Assembly: GCF_018977255.1 (NCBI RefSeq)
Contig: NW_024704742.1
Coordinates: forward strand, 33,420,001 to 33,484,000
Direction of reading: 5' to 3'
Length of the DNA stretch: 64,000 bases
Source of the DNA: Callorhinchus milii
Lineage: Eukaryota
This document shows positions 39,159 through 51,165 of this stretch, one piece after another. Numbering within the stretch: the first letter of the stretch is position 1; each line of letters begins with the position of its first letter. Position numbers and translations under genes: made by a program. Below the pieces are notes generated by a model that was not told the DNA's origin, did not search any database, and saw nothing but the letters and a program-made list of their open reading frames with translations.

Positions 39159-39899
39159 AAAAAGTCAGTGGTTAAAATGAATGTTTAGAGATCCAGATAA
39201 TCCCTACATTTTTAACATTTGCCGAATTAATCTGAGATTATGCATGTTTCGTTACTTTGAATTAATGGTGGGAGGGGCAGAAGATAAATATTATTTAGTT
39301 CTCTAGGGATAGTCTTCATTCTTTGACACTTGTAAATGAAGCCAATTTTCTTTCTTCCAACATGCTGCTGCTGCTGTTAACGACTGAGGATATTGCTTTG
39401 AGCAAGCAGCAGTGACCTGGTGACAATCTAGCCCTCAAACCCAAACTGAAAAAAAGTGTTGAAGTGTACAGCTGGTTTGGTATTAATTAATCCAGAAGCA
39501 TTCAGAATCTAAATATTTGTACACAAAATAAATGTGATCGTATAGTGGAGAAACCATTAATTAAAGGTTCCCAGCTGTTTCGGGCACTATTTTTGGCCTG
39601 CAAGCCACTGGCTAACTCAGCCATTAAATCACAGATAATGAGACTATAGAGAAGCACCAGACACCTAACATCAGTTAAATAACTGGAGAGTGAAAGCAGT
39701 CCATAATGTCTCTTTGAAACATGGCTGGATTGCTAACCGTCTTTCTTTGACTGACCCCCCCTTACAATTCCTGGTTGTCGCTCATCTCAAGATCCTGCTC
39801 AGTCTTGATAAAGCATTTTGAGATGTTCTCCCCACATTAAAGATGTTATATAAGCACAAATTATTATAACCAGAAACACAGAAACCAGTCTCTTGTTAA

Positions 39900-40980
39900 G
39901 AACAACTTGCATTTATAAAGCACCCTTCACGTGGGGTAGCTTCTCAAAGCACTTTACAGAGGCGGAGCCCGTCGCCGTGCCGGGGGGAGGAGGTACCCAT
40001 GAGCAGGCGTGATCTGAAAACGTGGAAGGAAGGGAAAGGGGGAGGGATTGAGGGAGAGTTTCAAAGTTGTGGGCTGCAGTAACTGAAAGCACGATGGTGA
40101 ACAACAACAACAAAATTACATTTATAGAGCCTTTCACATCGGGAGGACATCCCAAAGTTCTGAACAGTCAGGTATTGGGGCCCGATCATGGGGGAGGGGA
40201 GGTGTAGGGGTGAGGGAAGGCAGAGAGGTGGGAGGGAGACCAAAGGCACGGTCGAAGAGAAGGGTCTTGAGACTGGCCTTGAAGGAGGCAAAGGAGGAAG
40301 TGAGGTGAAGGGACCGTGGATGGAGTTCCAGAGTGTGGGGGCAGAGAGGTTGAAAGCCCGGCCACCGATGGTAGTGCGGGAGACATTGAGCAGGCCAGAG
40401 CCCTATGAACGGAGGGAGCGGGCAGGTTGATAGGGAGTCAGCAGGTCGAAGAGGTAAGAGAGGGCAAGGCCATGGATGGCCTTAAAGGTGAGGACGAGGA
40501 TCTTGAACTCGATCCTTTAGGGGATAGGTAGCCAGTGGAGACGGGCGAGGGTGGGAATGATGGGGTCATGGAGCCTGGTGCGTGAGAGTACACCAGCTGC
40601 AGAGCTTTGGATGAGCTGAAGCTTGTGAAGTGAAGAGTTGGGGGACGAGGAACAAGCAGGAGGCTGGAGCCAGCCGAGCGGAGGCCGTGGGTGGTGAAGT
40701 GGGGAGTAAGTAGGTTGGTAGGGAGCTGCCAGGGCGTGAAGGGATTTGTAGGCGAGTGTGAGGATCTTGAAGTTGATCCGATCTGTGATAGAGAGCCAGT
40801 GGAGCCTGGCGAGGACTGGTGTGATGGAGATACAGATTTTAAAGTGGTTGAGTGTATGGGTAGTGGAGTTCTGAATTAGTTGGATTTTGTGGATAGTAAA
40901 GCTGGAGAGACCGGCAAGGAGGGCATTGGAATATCGAAGGGGGGAGGGGACAAAAGCGTGGGCGAGGGTCTTGACTAAAT
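39900..40980 (-). mobile_element. Nested L2 fragments: younger L2 (about 40102-40629) inside an older L2
   Basis: Two tails (39900 and 40101). The ORF2 C-terminal peptide appears twice in ORF 40517-41236: HKIQLIQNS..LARLHWL..FKILTLAYKSLH and HKLQLIQSSAA..LARLHWLP. Confidence 0.9.
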
Positions 40981-41678
40981 TGGGTGTGACCAGCAGTCGA
41001 ATGCAGACGTTATTTACATTAAATCTTGCAAAGCGCTTTGTTCCAGGCAGCCTGGCAGCCCACACACAATCTGCAGAATTCCTGTTTTGATTAAATACCA
41101 TGGTGTAGTGGGACATGGAGTATTGTATCCACAATTCCCACACAGTGAACTCCGAATCACAGCCGGGGTGGTAGGACCAGGTGCTGATCGATGGTGAGTT
41201 GCTTTGCAAATGGAAGGGGAGGATTGTCAAAAGCAAGAGCCCCAGACTGCTTCCACACCTCCTAATGGCTCATTGCACAGCGCAATTGGCAGAGGCCTGG
41301 GAGCAGGCTGTTGCCTCTCTTACCTTTTTTTAAACACAAACGCACACACATACACCATACATTTTTGCTGGCAATGCTGAAATACATAATACAACAACAA
41401 CAACACAATTACATTTGAAAAGCGCCTTTCAGTTCGGGAGGACGTCCCAAGGCACTGGATAATCCCTGCATTTGATATAGCTCCTTACCATATCAAAATT
41501 TTGAGGTTTTTCTGGGGTTCTTTCAAAAAAACTTATTGAAAAACGGGTTAAAAATGAAGACTTTATTGAAAAATTGCCCAAATTCTGGATGGACTGCAAT
41601 GTTACGAAAATAGAGAAAATCTTGAACAAGGTGGAATTTTTTTCCAAGAAATGAAAAGGCGGGGAATTATTGAATTAA

Positions 41679-41850
41679 AATAATAATCCTTGCATTTGAT
41701 ATAGCACCTTGTCACGTCTTCAAGATGTCTCAAAGCGCTTCACAGAATACACTGCAAAGTGAATTGATTGTATATTTTGTGGGCAAAACACAGCAGCCAA
41801 TTGCACACAGAAGTGTCCCATAAACAATCGTGGATTGAGCGATCAAATAA
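41679..41850 (-). mobile_element. Family A SINE 3' half
   Basis: Canonical tail and Deu-like segment. Confidence 0.85.
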
Positions 41851-42877
41851 GTGCTGTTCTTAAATTAATTTCTACTCTTGAATTATTCAGGAAAGAAACA
41901 GAAAGTGCAGATAAAAACATGTGCTTAAACCTATTCTTAAGATAGGTTTTGGACTGAATACTCCCCTTCCCTCCCCCACCTCAGGAGAATAGTTTCTCCC
42001 TCATCCTATTCTGAATTGAGAGGTAGCCATCCATTTTGTGATGGCTGCTTTTTAACTTCAAATATTTGCTTTCAAAATTATTTTTAGGCCGGAATCCAGC
42101 AAGGAAGAGTGAAATTAGCACTCACTGAAGCCCAATTAAAGCGGTTCCCCATCTACATGAATCAGTGTATCTTGCACTGATACTAAATCAGCTGCTTCAC
42201 ATTGTTAAACTCAATAACACCTTCTAGTATAGTCAGTCCCTCTCCGATCTTGTGCATATTGAAAGTTCAGATTATTGTCTATGAAAGAAGAAATTCAAGG
42301 TATGAAAATAATCTTAATAGCTTGATGTGACTTTGATACAGTGGGAGGCATGAAATTCCCAATTTGCTAGCTTCTTCATTAAAGTTAAAGCTTCTACTTA
42401 AGGAAAAGAGCCCATCTGTGAATCTTGACACAAGTCAAACAACAGAAGGGATCCAGCTGGGCAATCTGTCTGTATGAAGGATCCAAACCGCGATCCAGTG
42501 AAATAAATGGTGCCAATAACAGAGACAGCTTCACGTTCCGAGCACATAAGCTCTTACATAGTCAATCAGTTAAGAGGATCCTAGATCAAGCACAATGGCA
42601 GATAATCAATCTTACAGAATTCCATTGAAACCACGAATCCCTTTCAGCACATCAGCTCTTAAGTCAGAGCGACAGAGCACCATGAATAAGGTTAGCCTCT
42701 TGGTGTGAATGGCAGGGATTTCCTCAATTTGGCAGCAGGATGGATTAATACTTCCAGAGCAACGGACACAAGGGAGATAGGTGCAGATTCTCTTCCTCTA
42801 AATACGGAGCTCCAGCTTGGGAGCAACAACTCACTTTAAACATGTATGGCCCTCTCAGATCACAGTTACATTACAGT

Positions 42878-43163
42878 TACATTCTCTTTGACCGAGCCTT
42901 CAGCTCCCCTCTCGACTCTCTTACATTCTCTTTGACCGAGCCTTCAGCTCCCCTCTCGACTCTCTTCCCCCTCCTCGCTCCCTCCCTTCCCTCCCCTTAC
43001 CCTGACCATTTCCCCCCTCCTCGCTCCCTCCCTTCCCTCCCCTCACCCTGACCATTTCCCCCCTGCTCGGGTCATGACCCAACTGTGCAGCGCCTTGGGA
43101 CGTCCTCCTGACGTGAAAGGCGCTTTATAAATGGAATCTTGTTGTTGTTGTTGTTGTTGTTGT
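42878..43163 (+). mobile_element. L2 3' end with internal tandem duplications and (TTG)n tail
   Basis: ctctttgaccgagccttcagc occurs twice, a pyrimidine unit occurs twice, then cagcgccttgggacgtcctcctgacgtgaaaggcgc..(ttg)n. Confidence 0.9.
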
Positions 43164-43689
43164 TACATTGCACTTTTTGTCACCTTCAATAAAAACAATG
43201 TGGGTTTACATGAAACAACCAAGCAAGTCGCTTCACATGTCATACACTGCAGGCTTTGGGGGGAAAAAAGAAAAGTGAAAATTTCATTTAACTTAAAGAA
43301 AATAACCCTATACTCATCTTATAAATCTGTGCTAGGTCTTGTTTAACTCGAGGCAATGTCACTTGTAATTAACATGCTCGTATCAATTTTACGGAGGACT
43401 GGGTTTTGTTAATAAACATGAACAGCCTCTACAGCATGCACTGTCATGTCACTGGTCAAATGCTACCAATTAAAACACAAACACTGTTTAAATGATTAGC
43501 ATTCCTGCCTTAATTACGTTTTTTTTAACTCAATCTGTGATCCATACAATAAACAGAATTGACATGCAGTTACAATCAGTTCTGATCAATGACATCTGCA
43601 ACCCATTTGTCTGGGTTTTCAAGATTGAATGCATTGAAAGATTGAACCAATGGTCTAATTGAAAATAAATTTCAATTAGTTAACTTAGA

Positions 43690-43895
43690 GGGCAGTAGAC
43701 GATGATTTGAAACATCGGTAGAGAGGCTATTGATGACTGAGTTCTCAGCCAGTATGCTCCCATTCTGAAGGACTCTCTTCCAAAATCTCTTTCCGTTGGA
43801 TCCTCTCTCCCAGTCTTCAAAATTTCTCTTAAAAAACTTTCTCTTTACGAAACCGTTTGTGACATTCAACACATGCAGGGGTCTATACAAGTTGT
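43690..43895 (+). mobile_element. Old L2 3' fragment
   Basis: ttctcagccagtatgctccc..actctcttcc..gtcttcaaaatttctcttaaaaaactttctcttt resembles the L2 ORF2 terminus. Confidence 0.55.
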
Positions 43896-44681
43896 TGCTT
43901 TACAAATAAAAAAATAATGATTAAATCAACAATTTCTCCTAATTTATGTGTTCTCAGTTGATCTGTATACTGCATTAATCAACTTTTGGCAGACTGAGTT
44001 AATTTCCCATTCTCAGCGCACAGTGCCAGAGATTATAAACCAGCAATACCCTTTTACTTGGCCAAGGATCTCTCTCTACTTGTCAGATAATGTTAATTAA
44101 AATTATGAATATATAATACAGAAGAGTGCATGGTTTGTGTATGCAATTAGATTAATGAACATATCAGTGATAAAACTATATGAAGTGGATGGGAGAAGAA
44201 GTTCATATGATAACAAACAGTAAAAATGATAATTCCATTCCAGACACAGGAAATGTCCACATGTAGGTGACATACATATGTGGAACTCTCAGACTGCCTG
44301 GGACATTCGTAAGCATGGTAATGGGTTTCCACATGTGTCCAACAGTTGGCTGACCAAAACAAACAATGACCCTTGCATCTGATATACCGCTATTCATATC
44401 AGGAGGACAATTCAAAGTGCTTCACAGGATTTACTGCAAAATATAGTGACTGTGTATTTGTAAGCAAAACTAGAAATTAGATCAAAGATTTAGGAATATC
44501 ATCTCAGTCCCGAGATGAGATTACAATGTTGAAGTCATTCCATGTTATTGCTTTTTTTAATTAATAAGTTATACACTGTGACCTTCATGGGAGTGTTTTT
44601 ATTCTGTCTTTCTTGTTATTGACTACTGTGATGGACACTAGCTCTATATTACAGATATATGGTGGGGTCCAAATATGGTGG

Positions 44682-44990
44682 AAATAATCCTTGCATTAGA
44701 TACTTTGCATATAACATCAAAATGTCTCAAAGACATTTGATGTAGAGTGAAGTGACTGTATTGGTAGCAAATTGCACATAGCAATGTCCCACAAACATCC
44801 ATGAAATGAGTGACCAATTTGTCAAGCAGTATAGTCTTTTCAAAAATCCGCATCCACATTTATTAATGCAATGTTCCTCAGCACTGCAATAGAGTTTCAC
44901 CTTAAGACTATGAGCTCAAAGTCCCAATGTAGGGCTTGAACCCACAACCTTCTGACTCAATTTTGCGAATGTTAAAACGAGCCATGCCAA
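44682..44990 (-). mobile_element. Older Deu-type SINE
   Basis: Tail at 44682, and head ..gggcttgaacccacaaccttctgactca, a B-box-like GGTTCAAGCCC on the minus strand. Confidence 0.7.
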
Positions 44991-46127
44991 CATAATCGAT
45001 TTCTGGAAGAGAAACACAAAAATATTGCTTCTGTGGCCCAAGGACGTTTCTAAAAGAGGGCATTCAGCCCCCAGCAGCCAATAGGTTGGATCAACGGCAA
45101 TACATAAAAAATAAAATATGACCAGACAGGAACCCTGAGCCAAGCATAATTTTTCTTGGCAACACTTTGAGCATTTAATTGGATGCAATACTATATGCAG
45201 CACTTGGGTATATTTTACTTTAGGGGAGGGGGGAGGGGAGGGAATCGGTGTGCACAATGCAGCTCTTTCTGGATGTACTGATGGAAACCATCATCAATAA
45301 TTTAAAGTGGTTTCATTCCAATTCTTGTCAGATGAATCAATTTTTATTCAAAAACATAATGTTCTACATTCAGCCTAATAATCCAATTACATACCTTTTC
45401 TAAATGCATATGTGAACTTTAAGTACTATTTATTTATAAGTATACTGATCAGCTTTGCTGTTTGTTCAGATGGGCTGATCTTACTATCATTGTAACTGTT
45501 TGAGAGGATGAACACTTGTTCACTAAACCTCAGTGACTAACTTTCATGAATAAATCTGTACTGGGGATTTGGGAATCCATTAAAGAATTTTATGTCACAG
45601 TTGCATAGCACGTTAGTTAAAATCTATCGTCACTGAGTCAGGTCTTAAATATATTTTCATACAAGTTAAATCTAAAGAGTCATTGTTTCGAGATTTCAAG
45701 TACAATTCTGGCATTAATCAATGTTGTGGACTCCCTGGTAAAGAGATGCACAGATTTTGCCAATGAATACAAATGTGGATCTACTAATACACAAAATGAA
45801 ACAACCAGCAACTGGGAATCCCAACCAATTAGTCCCCACTGCCAGGCACTGAAACCATTAGCAATTCGGGAAGTCAGTATTGTGAAGAAAACATTGCACA
45901 ATCAGGACTTTGGTTTTTTATAGTTGTTCTATTATAATATTCATGTTAAAATACAGGTAACCAGCAAAATATATATATAATTCATAAATAATTTATTTTT
46001 CATCATAACCTACATTTGTGGCAAGCTTCCTAGTTACCCCACATCTTGCCTTGCACCAGTTCATAAATCAAACATCAAGTTGATTAGTGCTGAATGCCCA
46101 ACCACAAAATCCTCACCATCTCTGGAA

Positions 46128-46270
46128 ATAATAATATAATAATAATCCTTGCATTTGATATAGCGCTTTTCACATCTTCTCAACGTCTCAAAGCGCTTCA
46201 CAGAACAGACTGTAAAGTGAATTGACCGTATATTTGTGGGCAAAACGCAGCAGCCAATTGCACACAGCAG
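46128..46270 (-). mobile_element. Family A SINE 3' half, followed by an opposite-strand copy at about 46385-46490
   Basis: Canonical tail sequence. Confidence 0.85.
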
Positions 46271-48063
46271 ATAAATAAATGATTGTCTGTAGAGAGATTG
46301 TTTATGTTTGACCTGCTGCGAATATGAATCAACTTCATAACATGGGAGTAAATGTTACCAACCTTTACCAGCTTACTTTCCCAATTACAAATGCACAGTC
46401 ACTACACTTTACAGTAAATCTTGTGAAGCACTTTGAGAATTTTCAACTTGATAAGGCGCTATATCAAACTTAAGGAATTTTCTTATTATAACTTCCTACA
46501 TACATGGCAAATGTCAAACCATGCAACAAAATAGGATTGTCTTGAATTCTGCATTGCATGTGGTAAAAGCTCAAGTCTCAACACATCAAGTACCTCTCTG
46601 ACCCTTACAAAAATAATCTCTTCTTATGACTACTACACGTACATCAAACATTGACATTTTCCCTTGATTCATGGTTAAAATGGGAAGATTCAGCCACAGA
46701 CCATTTATTTTCATTAAAACCACTGGTGGCCAACTTTCTTGATCAGCCAACAACCAAATACGTTTTTCTTGATTGAATATTTCTTGATTTATAACCACAC
46801 CATAAATATCGCCACTCAGTAGCTACTGAAACAAAATATTGACTTAACACAGACTTACCAAGACGATTGCGAATATTCAATGGGCCACATTTGGCCCACA
46901 GGCCATGGCCTGCCCACCACCGATTTAAATATTAAGGTGATACAAGTAATCTACAACAATTTAAGTAGATTCAGTATACGTAAGTTATTGATATGACATT
47001 TATTATTGACTTAAACAACCAATTGCCCCAAAATATATTGTTCTCAACACATTGTGCAGCTGGCTGTGTAAATCACCCAACCCTGACATGGTTTTAGTAA
47101 AACAGAATGGAGAAGAGCTGTCAGGAAATGTGCAGTGGGCTGTGTGCAGTTTTAATGGGAATTTCCCATTATAATACACATCGACTGCCAGGATCTCTAA
47201 ATGACTCAGTAGAAAATATGACTGTAAGTCAGAGGGTCAACTTCAACTCAACCTAAATTGGCTGCTGTGTTTGCCTACACAAACACACAGTATATCCTGT
47301 GAAGTGCTTTGAGATGTCCTCCAGATGTGAAGGGCATGACAGCAAATGTAAGGATTCTTATATCGTCATTGAAGGGCGGAGACTGTTGAGGGGAGGGAGG
47401 AAAGCAATACCACCTAAATGGAGAATTCTTCAAGACATCTGAGATATCCGTTAGAGTAGATCTTCATCAGGACAGAACAGATAGAATGCTTGTTCATGAG
47501 AGTTACAGTATTCCTTATATTTGATATAGCGTTTTTAACATTAGGACAACTCAAAGTGCTTCACAGAATTTACTGCATTTAGTGGGTGAATGAGAGTTGG
47601 CTAAATGGGTACTTATCCATTCAGTCCATTGCTGTATTGAAGATACATTACTGTATATAAGAATTGGATAGGACATTGGGTGTCCTGTACTGCTAATAAA
47701 AAGATTGTACTCAAATTTGCAGGTTTATTTGTTTACTTCCATCCGTCCGTCCGTCCATCAATAGAGTAAACTGTTCATTCAATCCCACCGCCCTGCCCTA
47801 TCCCGATATCCCTTCAACTCTCTAATCATTTAATTACAATTACAAATATCATAGCGCACTTGTATGTGCTATAATCACACATCAACTGTATGAAGTGATA
47901 TGAAGTGGTCATTTGCATTTAAGAATCCTTACATTTGATAAAGCACCTTATGATTGCCGTGTTACCTGCCACTGTCAAAACTTAATGATTCCAAAAGAGC
48001 ACAAAACTACTACATAAACCCCTCTGCATAGTTTGCTTTGTATACTGTTAACGGCCTTGTGGT

Positions 48064-48175
48064 TAATAATAATACTTGCATTTGATATAGGGCTTTATCA
48101 TGTCATTGAGGCTTCTCAAAGCGCTTCACAGAATATATTGTAAAGTGAATTGACTGTATTTTGTGGGCAAAACGC
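48064..48175 (-). mobile_element. Family A SINE 3' fragment
   Basis: Canonical tail. A similar fragment lies at 49026-49135. Confidence 0.8.
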
Positions 48176-49684
48176 GATAATAAGCGGGTGAGACTTGCTA
48201 CAATGTAAGGGAGACAAGTGTGTGAGGACCCAACACAATAAAAAAATTAATCTCTAGGTCGTCACTCGCAGAAGCAGCCCTGCCTCAACCTGGGTTCTGT
48301 CAATTAACCAGTTGTGGTGCCCTGACATTCCCCAAATGGAGTTGTATCACTATTCAAACAAATACCTGCAAGCAAAGAACTGGGAGGTGCTGATCATTAA
48401 CATCATAACTCATTCTTACAACAAGCAAACTTTTGTCCCTTGTTCAGCAGAAAAACTTGTGGTGCAAGCCACATTGATCTTATTTATATATGATATCTTT
48501 TGCATTTCTCTGTACCACTCGAAAAGTACACTTTGTCTTGGGATCAGTAAAATTCAGGACAGTCAGCTCTAAGATTGCAGTACAGAAATTATTAAATAGA
48601 CCAACAAAGTTATGAAAGAGATTCCATTTTTTAAAAAAAATACCCTTCTCTCTGTTTTGAGGACTGTTTACTGGATGCTTCGATAGAAATTTAGGTTTTT
48701 AAGCTATGAGGCATTAGTGATGTAGATGTGATCAGGTTATTTAACTTGCACTGTGTGTGGCTAACTGGAAGATACTGGTTCAAAATTGACAAGCCTTGAG
48801 CAAAGCTAAAGAGTAACAGAACAGTTACAGAACTAAATGCTCCAAGGTCCCCAATGGCTCCTGTGCTGCTTGGGCTAGGAGAGGAGGAAATGAGACAAAG
48901 TGGTTTTGTAGACAACGGATAGCAGGCCAGGGATGAACAGTGAGGAAGCGAGGAGATAACCGGAGTGTTCAATTACTTTTGGTGGTCAGGGAAATTCATG
49001 AGGGGTTTTCCCTCAGAAGACCAAGTAATAATAATAATAATGCTTGCATTTGATATAGCCCCTTATCATGTTGTTGAGTCGCATCATCTCAAAGTGTTTC
49101 ACAGAATAAATACAGTGTAAAGTGTGGGTGAAACGTGGGTGAGTGAGATAAGGGTTCACGATAGGGTAGATTGTACATATTCAACGGGTCTTAAACTACT
49201 AACAACAATTTGTCTTTAAAGCGGCACTACAGTCAAAACCTTTTAGGGAGGCTTTTTTGTTGTTTTGGAAAGTGGTGCAAGAAGAGTCTAACGTCACGAT
49301 GACCCATTGCATTGGAAGTGTGTTAATTCTCTTTCTCTCTTCGGTAAATTCTGTTTCATCCATATACTTCCTATTTTGACTTTGATTAATCAGACAGCAA
49401 ATACCTGTGAAAACTTGAGGTATTTTGACGTTACAGGTGATATATCAAAGGCAAGGATCATTATTATTATATTGTAATTATGTATATGAAAAACCTTGCA
49501 CTTATCTGTATTGAAATTGAACGTCAATTTGCAAGTGATCAGCTGAGGTGTTAAGCTCTCTTTGTAAGGTCTTGGCCATCTCCTCAGACATTAGTTCCCT
49601 CTAGCTGATGTTCTCTCCAGATTTACCTACCTTACACTGAATAAGTAGATTAAAGTTTCACAAACAGTAGAAACAGGTCTGTTT

Positions 49685-49770
49685 ACACTCAATACCTCTG
49701 CCAATTTCTGCCAAGCTCCCCTAACCACTACCCTTTGCAAGCTTCCCTTTAACCAGTTTCCTATCTTTTT
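49685..49770 (-). mobile_element. CR1 reverse transcriptase fragment
   Basis: IGNWLKGSLQRVVVRGAWQKLAEVLS resembles the CR1 RT motif WIxNWLxxRxQRVVxxG..WxxVxSG. Confidence 0.65.
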
Positions 49771-50894
49771 CATTATAACAAAACAGTAAAAGCAATTTTT
49801 CATGAAGATGTTGCCTCTTTTAAACAAATTTGCTTGCACAAGGAAGTCACTTGCACAACATTCTAGGTCTGTCATTCCTTCCCTTTCTTTTTGTACATGT
49901 GCAAATGGGATTAATCTGATTTTATTAACCTGGAAGTGTGCATTGAACAAGTGAGCTGAAAGTTCAGCAGCTTAAGCTTGGGACATTCAGGGGGACACGA
50001 GCTACCGTGGCCTCTTGCCAGAAACATTATAATGCGTGACATTTCAGAGATTAGCACGGGCTGTTCTATAATGTTGGAATTCATTTCTGACAATGATAGT
50101 TGCCAGGGTAACACCCTGCCTTGCTACACACAGTGATAAACAAGTGTCTCATCATATTCTTCCTTCACTAACTGCTCCCTGGGAACTAAAGAGTATTAAC
50201 TAAAAGATAGAATATAACTCACATTGGCTGCTATTTCTGACAACCTCAGAAATGGAATAAGGGAACTTTGCTTCTCAGCACTCAAAATCCTAAATAAACA
50301 GAGAACTTTTGACATTTGAAGTCTGGAACCTTTTATTAATACTATGGTTTCTGTCGTCAACAATTAAACATAGCAAAGTATTCACTATCTATTGATCATG
50401 AGTTTATAGTACAACAAAGAAAAGATCACTAATGTTTAGGAATTATTTCATGATGCATCCTTTTCTATTTTCTTCTGATAATAACATGCTTGAGATCATG
50501 TTTAGACAGTATGGGTGGGTATACTTGACAGTAATTAACTCTGAAAACACTTTGAGATGTTTTAACATGATTCCCATTGCAAACAAAACACAAAACACAA
50601 AAAAACAGTGCTTTGGGGCATCCTCCCCACATGAAAGACAGACACACTATACCGAATGTAAAGATTATTATTATGATAAAATGCTACAATATACAATTTA
50701 TATCTCCTATGTAACCTTTTCCAGTGAAAATTGTTTGCTTAGATATGAAAAGCCAATGGAACATTACTGAAACCAAATATTGTATTACTTTATTATTACT
50801 TAAATTATTGCAAACACTGAAATTAAAGGGGATTGGGAGAGGGAAATCAGCCCCGAATCCTGCTCATGATCGATACCCAGAAAACCCTTCCACA

Positions 50895-51165
50895 ACAAGA
50901 CAAATATAGCACCTTTCACATTCGAAGGACGTCCCAAGGCACTGAACATTTCAGGGTTTGCACCAGAGCTGGGGGTTGGAATCAAGAGACGTGAAGGGTA
51001 GGTGGGGTAGGAGGGTGGCGGAAGGCACGGTCAAAGAAGATCTTGAGACAGGCCATGAAGGATGCAAGGAAGGGGGACAGGTGGACTGATTCCGGGATGG
51101 AGTTCTAGAGGATGGGGGCAGAAAGGCTGAGGGCCTGACCACCGATGGTGGGGTGGGCAGGATGG
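50895..51165 (-). mobile_element. L2 3' fragment
   Basis: Similar to 20994-21300 (gaaggcacggtcaaagaag..gggatggagttc..gcagaaaggctga). Confidence 0.85.

Noticed and set aside
40517..41236. Longest ORF (239 aa) as a gene
   Set aside because: It is a chimera of two nested L2 ORF2 fragments plus flanking sequence, and it has no ATG start.
41320..41360. Minus-strand AG|GTAAG donor after a short ATG ORF
   Set aside because: Phase 2 and low-complexity (TG)n sequence, so not compatible with ANK2 exon 2.
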